Notes under the pieces: model-generated
Database searches by the model: none
The model's input: the letters and a program-made list of their open reading frames with translations, nothing else
Told to the model about the DNA's origin: nothing
Shown: in pieces, positions 57,211-64,000 of the stretch
Layout: each line of letters begins with the position of its first letter
How positions within the stretch are numbered: position 1 is the stretch's first letter
Assembly (NCBI GenBank): GCA_963782055.1
Contig: CAWAIF010000003.1
Coordinates: 5,568,001 to 5,632,000 of the forward strand
From: an uncultured delta proteobacterium
GTDB lineage: Bacteria > Myxococcota_A > Polyangia > Polyangiales > Polyangiaceae
Reading direction: 5' to 3'
Length of the DNA stretch: 64,000 nt
Made by a program: the position numbers and the translations under genes

Positions 57211-58350
57211 TCACGGGAGCCGCTCCGCCCGCGTCGCGACCATGTCCAGGAGGTCCCCCTGCGTGAGCTGCATGTCCAGGACGTGCAGGCCGAGCGGCCC
57301 GAGCAGGCCGCGGCCGTCGAAGTCTCGGTCGAAGTCGATGGGGCTGACGCGCGCGTCGCCGGGGGGCGGTGTGGTGGTCACGGCGAGGTACGCGTAGTCC
57401 CCGGGGCCGCGCACGCACCGGCCGGAGTAGAAGTCGGGCAGCACCACGAAGGGCGTGACGATGCCGTCGACGCCCCGCAGGTGCCGCCGCGTCATCGCGT
57501 CGAGCGGCATGACCGCCCGCGAGAAGCGGTGCTCGGCGTCGCTCCCGACGTTCGCGGGGTCGACGCACGCCGCCCGCAGCCCGGGCTTGGGGTACCAGCT
57601 GCGCGGGTGGACCGGGTGGTCGGCGCGATACGAGCGATACGCCACGACGCACCCCGTCTCGGTGGCGCTCGCGCACACCGGGAGGTTCCGGAAGGTCCCG
57701 CCGGTGCGCTTGCCCGGCGCCACCTCCACGTCGCCGCCGATGGGCATCGCGAGCAGGAGCCGGTCGCGCATCGACGGGTCCTCGTCGAAGAACTCGCGCA
57801 AGAGACGCACCACCATCTCGGCGCCCTGCGAGTGGCCGATGAGGACGATCTTGCGCCCGTGGTTGTACGCCGCCAGGTACTGCTTGAACGCCGCCTCCAC
57901 GTCGGCGTAGGCGATCGCCAGCCCGCGCTCCAGCCGCTCGTGCGGGCGCAGGTACGTCCCGATGGTGACCTGCCGGTAGTAGGGCACGTACAGGGCGCAC
58001 GCCTCGCGGAAGTTCGCCGCCTGCGCGAAGGTCGTCCGGTCGATGCGCGCGTCGGGGAAGGCCGCGTGGTTGCCGGGCACCAGCTGCAGGTCGACGGTCG
58101 GGTAGACGTAGAAGCAGTCCACCTTCGGGTTGGCGGCGGTCTTGCCCGGCACGACGCGCCGGGATCCGTCGGGGAGGATCTCGGTGGCGGTGCGGTCCGC
58201 CGCGCACGCGTCGTCGCGACCGGGCAGGCACAGCCACCTCGCCGGATCGGCGTAGCCGAGCGGGGCGCGGAGCGCCGCGGTGCCCGCCAGGCCGTGACCG
58301 CAGCCGGCGAAGAGCGCGAGCAGGAGCAGCACGAGGAGAGCGCGACGCAT
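57211..58350 (-). CDS. DUF3089 alpha/beta hydrolase lipoprotein
   Basis: Lipobox FAGC; WLCLP, VDCFYVYPTV, PYYRQ, LIGHSQG, GLHVLD. Confidence 0.88.
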   Translation of the reverse strand: MRRALLVLLLLALFAGCGHGLAGTAALRAPLGYADPARWLCLPGRDDACAADRTATEILPDGSRRVVPGKTAANPKVDCFYVYPTVDLQLVPGNHAAFPDARIDRTTFAQAANFREACALYVPYYRQVTIGTYLRPHERLERGLAIAYADVEAAFKQYLAAYNHGRKIVLIGHSQGAEMVVRLLREFFDEDPSMRDRLLLAMPIGGDVEVAPGKRTGGTFRNLPVCASATETGCVVAYRSYRADHPVHPRSWYPKPGLRAACVDPANVGSDAEHRFSRAVMPLDAMTRRHLRGVDGIVTPFVVLPDFYSGRCVRGPGDYAYLAVTTTPPPGDARVSPIDFDRDFDGRGLLGPLGLHVLDMQLTQGDLLDMVATRAERLP

Positions 58351-58408
58351 CCGGCAGAGCATAGCCGGATCGCGGCAAAATCGGCCCGGGCGGCGATTGT
58401 GCGTTGCA

Positions 58409-58424
58409 TTCTGTAATTACAGAA
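58409..58424. promoter_or_regulatory. Perfect 16-bp AT-rich palindrome, probable repressor operator between divergent genes
   Basis: TTCTGTAATTACAGAA, flanked by GTGCG...CGCAC. Confidence 0.65.
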
Positions 58425-58439
58425 CGCACACTGATCCTC

Positions 58440-59207
58440 ATGGCGACGGCGACCCATCCCCAGGTCGCGGACTTGCAGCTCGCGAGCCCGCCCCAGAGCA
58501 GCAAGGAGCTGGTGCGCACGGCCTCCGCCGGCCGCCTGACGGACGAGCGCCGCGAGCGCGTGCGCGCCGCGGCGCTCGCGGAGATCCCGCGCTGGTACAA
58601 CCCCTGGGCCCACCTGGGCGCGACGCTCTCCATCGGCCTGGTGGTGCTCGCCATCTCCATCTGGCGCCTGCACGCGCCCAGCGCGCTGGAGTGGCTCGTC
58701 GTGCCGGCGGTGTTCTTGCTCGCCAACGGGTTCGAGTGGCGCGTCCACAAGCACGTGCTGCACCGGCGCCGCTGGCCGGTGCAGATCATCTACGATCGTC
58801 ACACCCCCATGCACCACATGGTCTACGTGGAGCAGGACATGCAGGTGCGCTCCTGGCAGGAGCTGCGGCTGGTCCTCATGCCCGCGCTCGGCATCCTGGC
58901 CATCGTCCTCTTGACGGCGCCCTTCGCCGCCGGCGTGGCGTGGCTCTGGTCGGCCAACGCCGGGTGGCTCCTCCTCGTGACGGCGAGCCTCTACATGGTC
59001 AGCTACGAGGTCTTCCACCTCGCCTACCACCTGCCTGCGCACAGCTTCATCGGCCGCACGCGTCTCATCCAGGTGCTGCGCGCGCACCACGCGCGCCACC
59101 ACGAGCCGCGACTCATGCAGAAGTACAACTTCAACGTGACCATCCCCCTGTTCGACTGGATCCTGGGGACCGTGGCGCCGGACGACCCGCCGGACCCCGC
59201 GGCCTGA
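58440..59207 (+). CDS. Sterol desaturase / fatty acid hydroxylase family protein
   Basis: His boxes HKHVLH, HTPMHH, HLAYH, HHARHH; NFNVTIPLFDWILGT. Confidence 0.88.
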   Translation: MATATHPQVADLQLASPPQSSKELVRTASAGRLTDERRERVRAAALAEIPRWYNPWAHLGATLSIGLVVLAISIWRLHAPSALEWLVVPAVFLLANGFEWRVHKHVLHRRRWPVQIIYDRHTPMHHMVYVEQDMQVRSWQELRLVLMPALGILAIVLLTAPFAAGVAWLWSANAGWLLLVTASLYMVSYEVFHLAYHLPAHSFIGRTRLIQVLRAHHARHHEPRLMQKYNFNVTIPLFDWILGTVAPDDPPDPAA

Positions 59208-59273
59208 GGTCGGCCGAAGCCCTGGGTGCGGCGCCGGGGGATCCTTTCGACGCGCGACCCGTATCTGTCCAGG

Positions 59274-59900
59274 ATGCGCTGGATCCTGACCCTGCTTCTG
59301 CTCGCCGGGTGCGGCGGCCCTCCGGGTAGCACCACGGGCGTGGTGACGCAGCCGGACCAGGCGCAGGCACCGCCGGGGACGAGCGGCCACGTCCCCTCTG
59401 CCGCGGCGTCCAGGGCGACGACGACGTACGCGTGGCGCTGGGACGGAGACGAGCCCGGATTCGGGCGCTCCTTCTATCACACGCCGCGGAGCGTGACCGG
59501 CGGCGGGCTCACCTGCACGTTCACCTACAGCGAAGCCGCCCGCCTCGCGAGGACTGCATGCGACGTCTCGGGGCGCGAGCTTTGGCATCACGACGAAGGG
59601 GACGCGTTCGTCGAGGACGCCTCGCTCCTGCTCGACCACGGGACGCTCTACGTCGCGCGCTACTCCGACATCTCCAACGGGTGCACGGTCCACGCGTTCG
59701 ATGCGCGCGCCGGCGTCGTGCGCTGGACGACCCCGCTGCGCGGCCTGGGCCCCGTGGCCCACAGCGAGTACCTGAACGCCGTCGAGCTCCGCCTCGTCGG
59801 CGGGCGCGCCGTGGCCTTCGGCTGGGAGAGCGCAGGGCGGTACGTCGAGGCGCTCGACCCGTCGACCGGCGCGGTGACCTACCACGCGCTCGTCCCCTGA
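59274..59900 (+). CDS. Hypothetical lipoprotein with PQQ-like propeller blades
   Basis: Lipobox LAGC; DVSGRELW, AFDARAGVVRW, ALDPSTG. Confidence 0.7.
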   Translation: MRWILTLLLLAGCGGPPGSTTGVVTQPDQAQAPPGTSGHVPSAAASRATTTYAWRWDGDEPGFGRSFYHTPRSVTGGGLTCTFTYSEAARLARTACDVSGRELWHHDEGDAFVEDASLLLDHGTLYVARYSDISNGCTVHAFDARAGVVRWTTPLRGLGPVAHSEYLNAVELRLVGGRAVAFGWESAGRYVEALDPSTGAVTYHALVP

Positions 59901-59912
59901 GGCGGGGCGCGT

Positions 59913-61091
59913 TCACCCGCGGCGGAGTCCGAGGCGCGCCCGATCGAACTCCAGCGAACGCTTCCACAGGACGGCGGGCAGGCGCTCGTTGGCGGCGGTG
60001 CGCTCGAGGTCGAGCCCGGCGGGCGTCCACACCAGCCACACCTTGCGCTGGTGACGCTGGCCGGGCAGGAGGACCAGGCGCGTCGCGCGGGTGGGCGGGA
60101 CGCGCGCGAGCTGCCAGGGCGCGCACTCCCAGAGCGCGCGACGCAGCGCCATCCTCCATCGCGGGGCCAGGGCGCTGTCGTAGGCGGTGAGCGGGCGCCC
60201 CTCCAGGACCCTCTGCACGTGCTCGCTCACGCGGATCCCGTACTGCGCGAGCGCCTCGTCGAAGGCGCCGGCGTCGAGCTGCGCGACGCACGCGAGGGCG
60301 CGCCGTCGATCGCGCAGAGCGGGCGCGCGGGCGCCTCTCCGCCACAGGTGCGGGGCGGCGTCCCAGCGGTGCGTCGCGTTGTCCGGACGCACGTCGCGCA
60401 GCCCCAGCGTCACCTCGGGGCCCGCGGAGCGACGCGGCGGCGAGCTCGCACACAGCCACACGCCGCGGCCCTGCGACAGCCGCGCGCGCGAGGCGATGGG
60501 GGCGAGGAGCACGTCGGCGTCGAGGGGGATGCGCCCGTCATCCTCCCGCGGGAAGCTCGCCGCGAGGGCGACCGGGTCGAGCGCCGCGAGCGCCGCCCGC
60601 AGCTGCCGCTCCCCCTCCGGCGTCGGCGCCAGCTTGCGGGGGACGGCGGCGCGGACGAGCACGACCGGCTCCGCCCGGCGGCCCGCGGCGATCGCCGCGA
60701 GCACCGGCCGCACCTCCTCGAGCACCGGCGACGGCGCGCCCCGCTCCAGCGGGAGCCGCGATCGCCGCCAGCCGTCCAGGAGGCTCACGGCGCTCGCCAG
60801 CACGCAGGTGCGCTGCAGGTGATCGTCGTCGGCGTGAAGGTCCCAGTGCGGCCTGCCCTTTCCGGGGAACGGGTCCCACGAGATCACGCCATCGCGGACG
60901 ACCGACGGCACCACGTCGACCTTCCCCCGGACGCCCTCCGCGCGGAGCCGCATCGCGGGGACGCCGAGCGGACGGAAGGTGGGGAGGTGCTCCGCCGACC
61001 ACCCGGGCCCGAGCGCGCCGAGCAGCTCGTCCAGGAAGGCGCGTCGCGCGTCCGGCTTCGCTCGCCCCTTCCGAGGTCGCATGGACCTCAC
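59913..61091 (-). CDS. Hypothetical protein
   Basis: Long ORF with Trp/Arg-rich globular composition; GTG 61091 or ATG 61082. Confidence 0.6.
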   Translation of the reverse strand: MRSMRPRKGRAKPDARRAFLDELLGALGPGWSAEHLPTFRPLGVPAMRLRAEGVRGKVDVVPSVVRDGVISWDPFPGKGRPHWDLHADDDHLQRTCVLASAVSLLDGWRRSRLPLERGAPSPVLEEVRPVLAAIAAGRRAEPVVLVRAAVPRKLAPTPEGERQLRAALAALDPVALAASFPREDDGRIPLDADVLLAPIASRARLSQGRGVWLCASSPPRRSAGPEVTLGLRDVRPDNATHRWDAAPHLWRRGARAPALRDRRRALACVAQLDAGAFDEALAQYGIRVSEHVQRVLEGRPLTAYDSALAPRWRMALRRALWECAPWQLARVPPTRATRLVLLPGQRHQRKVWLVWTPAGLDLERTAANERLPAVLWKRSLEFDRARLGLRRG

Positions 61092-61204
61092 GCCGGCAGC
61101 GGCTCGCGCGCGGAGCGCCGCGCGACGGCGAGGAGCACCGTGCCGGCGAGCACCACGCCCGCGTGACGAGGGCTCGTCGCGCTCATGACGAATGTGATGA
61201 TCAT
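61088..61204 (-). pseudogene. 38-codon remnant paralogous to the C-terminus of the neighbouring membrane protein
   Basis: HAGVVLAGTVLLAVARRSARE vs HAAVVLIGVVLVAIARRGARD in 61284..61931. Confidence 0.55.
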
Positions 61205-61283
61205 TGTCCGGCGCACGACCCCCTCCCTCACGGCTCATCCTACTTGGATGTGCGGCGGCTCGGGTGGAATCTCTCGTGATCGC

Positions 61284-61931
61284 TCAGCCCGGCGCCTGTC
61301 TCGCGGCGCCCGCGGTCGCCCCGCCCCCGTCGCGCGCCCCGCGCCGCGCGATCGCCACGAGCACGACGCCGATCAGCACCACCGCCGCGTGGGCTACGCC
61401 GAGGGACGCCACGTAGTCCTGGCCCAGCGGCGCGACGCCGAGGGCGACCACGGCGAGCGCGATCCCCGCGACCAGGGGCGCCGCGCGACGCGCCTGGTTC
61501 ATGTCGCCGGACGCGTCGCGCGCCCACCGCGCGAACGCCCCGATCGCCGCCGCCGTCGCGACGAGGTAGAGGCCGTGGAGGCTGGCGGAGAGCACGTCGC
61601 AGGACACGCTCTCCGCGGAGAGGCGGACCGGATCGCACGGGAAGGTGGCGCAGTTGACGGTCCCCGCGCTCGCCACCCGCTCGCCCGCCAGGATCTGCAC
61701 GAGCAGGATCAGCGCCCGCAGCACGCTCACCGCGACCACGACCCACGCGAAGGACCTCGCGACGCCGACGGCGCGCCCGGGGGACGCCTTCGTCTCCATC
61801 ACGGGGTGCCGGTAGGGATCGCCCGGTCGCGTGCGCGTCCACGGCCGCGGATCGTCGGCCCGTCCCCAGGTGCCCACCATCGTCAGCACCGCGACGATCC
61901 CGGATCCCGCGGCTACCTGGAGCGCTGTCAT
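61284..61931 (-). CDS. Hypothetical multi-pass membrane protein
   Basis: Several hydrophobic helices, GDPYR motif, Cys-containing loop; start 61931 or 61799. Confidence 0.6.
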   Translation of the reverse strand: MTALQVAAGSGIVAVLTMVGTWGRADDPRPWTRTRPGDPYRHPVMETKASPGRAVGVARSFAWVVVAVSVLRALILLVQILAGERVASAGTVNCATFPCDPVRLSAESVSCDVLSASLHGLYLVATAAAIGAFARWARDASGDMNQARRAAPLVAGIALAVVALGVAPLGQDYVASLGVAHAAVVLIGVVLVAIARRGARDGGGATAGAARQAPG

Positions 61932-62013
61932 CGCCACGGGGGACAGTGTACGCCTCCGCGCGCCCGCCGTCGCGGGTTCGTCCCCCGCGCCGAGGTCCGC
62001 CGCGTGCAGCCCA

Positions 62014-62172
62014 CCCTCCTCCCCGTGTGGCGCGCGGAGCGCGACACCGTGGGGAGGACGCGTGCGCGCAGGGCCCACGCGCAAGCTCGCGCGCGCGCCG
62101 GCGCCCGTGATCACGCGCCCACCGACGGCGTGCGCGCGAGCGAGCATGGGCCCGAGCACACGCGAGGAGGGG
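62014..62172 (+). repeat. Dispersed ~160-nt structured repeat, copy C
   Basis: Same orientation and family as 28792..28953. Confidence 0.9.
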
Positions 62173-62188
62173 CCCCCCTCCTCCCCCC

Positions 62189-63694
62189 TCAAAGCGGATA
62201 CCGCAACGTCATCCCGAACACCGTCACCATCACCAGCACCACAGGCACCAGCACCACGAACACCAGGAACGTGTACCCCATCACGTCCCGCGCCCGCAGC
62301 CCGAACAGCCCCAGGATGGGCAGCATCCAGAACGGCTGCACCAGGTTGGCGAGCGCCTCGCCCAGATCGTAGACGGCGACCATCCAGCCGAGGTGCACGT
62401 GGAGATCGTGCGCCGCCTGCATCACGTACGGCGCCTCGATCACCCACTTGGACCCGCCGCTCGGGACGAAGACGCCGAGCACCATGCTGTAGACGGCGAT
62501 GAGCGCGGGGAAGGCCCTCGGCCCGCCGGCGAGGCTCGCCAGGCCGTGGGCGATGTGCTCGTTCAGCTTCGTCGTGGTGATGATGGCGGCGATCGCGCCG
62601 TAGAAGGGGAACTGCAGGATGACGCCCCACACGCCGGGCGTGGCCTCGCGCACCGCGCGCATCAGCCGCGCGGGCGTGCCGTGCAGGGCGACGCCCACGG
62701 TGAGGAAGGCGAGGTTCATCCGGTCCAGATCGATGGCGTACAGCGGGTCCTTCGCCTCCGCGAAGTAGCGGACCAGGTACGCGCCGGCGAGCAGCACGAA
62801 GAGGGCGGCGGGGACGCGCGAGTGCTCCAGCGCCTCGCCCGGCGTCCCCTTGCGCTCCGGGTCCGGCCGGTCGAGCGGCGACACGCCCAGGTCGATCCCC
62901 ATCTGCTCGGCGGTGCGCGCGCGCGAGCCCGTCGGCACGGCGAAGAGCACCACGACGGTCACCAGCGCGATCTCCACCACCACCGAGACGAGGCTCTGCC
63001 AGAGGAAGATGGTGTGCGTCAGCGGGATCATCCCCTCCGGCACCAGCCCGCCGGCGGCGACGATGGTGCGGATGTCGTGCGGCAGCGCGGACTTGGTCGC
63101 CATCTGCAGGGCGGCGGACCCGGAGAGCCCCTGCGCCCACACGCTGCCCAGCCCCAGGAACGCGCTCGCCGCGATGGCGCGGTAGTCCACGCCGCGCACC
63201 CGCCGCGCGACCTCCTTGGCGAGCATCGCGCTGAAGATGAGGGAGAAGCCCCAGTTGAGCCACGACGACGCCATGGCGAAGAGCGCCACCATGGCGATGG
63301 CGCGCCGCGGATCGCGCGGGAGGGAGGCGAGGCGCACGATGAGCCGCCCGACGGGCTTGCTCGTGGCGACGACGTAGCCGGTGATGATCACCAGCGCCAT
63401 CTCGATGGTGAACTTCAGGATGGCGGTGCTGAAGAACCCCGTGCCCCACGCGCCCACCACCTCGCCCGTCGCCGCGCGCACGCCCAGGCGCCCGGAGAGG
63501 GTGATCACCCCGGCGACGAAGACGATGAACGTCGCGAGCAGGGCGAAGACGAAGGCGTCGGGGATCCACCGCTCCGTCCACGCGGTGAACCGCGCGGCGA
63601 CGCGGGCGAGCCGCGACGTGGGCTCCTCGCCGCCCGCCGGACGCTTCGGCGCGGGCGAGTCACCGAGGGACGCGGGGAGATCGGCGCCGGACAT
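62189..63694 (-). CDS. atoE: Short-chain fatty acid transporter (TIGR00366/AtoE family)
   Basis: ERWIPDAFVFA, WLNWG, VDYR, GLSGSA, LQFPFY, FVPSGGSKW, NLVQPFWMLP, ARDVMGY. Confidence 0.88.
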   Translation of the reverse strand: MSGADLPASLGDSPAPKRPAGGEEPTSRLARVAARFTAWTERWIPDAFVFALLATFIVFVAGVITLSGRLGVRAATGEVVGAWGTGFFSTAILKFTIEMALVIITGYVVATSKPVGRLIVRLASLPRDPRRAIAMVALFAMASSWLNWGFSLIFSAMLAKEVARRVRGVDYRAIAASAFLGLGSVWAQGLSGSAALQMATKSALPHDIRTIVAAGGLVPEGMIPLTHTIFLWQSLVSVVVEIALVTVVVLFAVPTGSRARTAEQMGIDLGVSPLDRPDPERKGTPGEALEHSRVPAALFVLLAGAYLVRYFAEAKDPLYAIDLDRMNLAFLTVGVALHGTPARLMRAVREATPGVWGVILQFPFYGAIAAIITTTKLNEHIAHGLASLAGGPRAFPALIAVYSMVLGVFVPSGGSKWVIEAPYVMQAAHDLHVHLGWMVAVYDLGEALANLVQPFWMLPILGLFGLRARDVMGYTFLVFVVLVPVVLVMVTVFGMTLRYPL

Positions 63695-63740
63695 GCGGCG
63701 CGCAGGATGGCGCGATCCGAGAGGAAGAGGAAGAGGGGGG

Positions 63741-63905
63741 CCCCTCCTCGCGCGTGCTCGGGCCCATGCTCGGTCTCGCGCGCGCCGCCCGGATGCACGG
63801 GATCACGGGCGACGGCGCGCACGAGACCTTGCGCGTGGGCCCTGCGCGCGCGCGTCCTCCCCCGGCCCATCGCTCGCTCACGCTCGCTCGGGCGGGGAGG
63901 AGGGG
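63741..63905 (-). repeat. Dispersed ~160-nt structured repeat, copy D
   Basis: Reverse-complement copy with compensatory changes. Confidence 0.88.
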
Positions 63906-63974
63906 TCCGTCCATGAGCCAGCCTCGGCGCTTCATCTACGTGACCGAGTCACGCCCGCCAGGGGCCGAGCATGG

Positions 63975-64000
63975 CCCCTCCTCCCCGTCCGAGCGAAGCG
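63975..64000 (+). repeat. Start of probable copy E (cut off by the window end)
   Basis: CCCCTCCTCCCCGTCCGAGCG matches the 5' end of copy D. Confidence 0.55.

Overview
Very GC-rich bacterial chromosome segment, by inference from a myxobacterium (Myxococcota, Polyangiales-like): it has multiple Hanks kinase-ATPase-TPR proteins, an FHA/sigma54 activator, a TIGR02266-type PilZ protein, AgmX/PglI C-terminal domains and many Cys/Gly-rich lipoproteins. About 50 CDS can be supported. Housekeeping genes include cyoE, gpsA, nadA, mlaE, fadL and an atoE-like transporter. I saw no rRNA, tRNA, CRISPR array or transposase. Top observations: (1) a dispersed ~160-nt intergenic element (4 full copies plus 1 partial) whose copies differ by compensatory base changes, with G-U wobbles on one consistent strand, i.e. 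a conserved structured RNA/ssDNA element; (2) an operon of four paralogous double-YbjQ (UPF0145) proteins behind a promoter-like sequence with a palindrome in its spacer; (3) a VolA/Pla-1-like surface lipase that appears to have lost both catalytic Ser and His, translationally coupled to fadL; (4) a predicted sigma54-driven four-lipoprotein operon (three CsgG/LpoB-like paralogs plus a beta-strand-rich OM protein); (5) a soluble DisA_N-type diadenylate-cyclase-like protein followed by a 138-bp hairpin-rich tandem repeat. Several gene remnants, an internally deleted AraC gene and one probable 1-nt indel fusion are also noted. All family calls are by motif recognition only; no searches were run.
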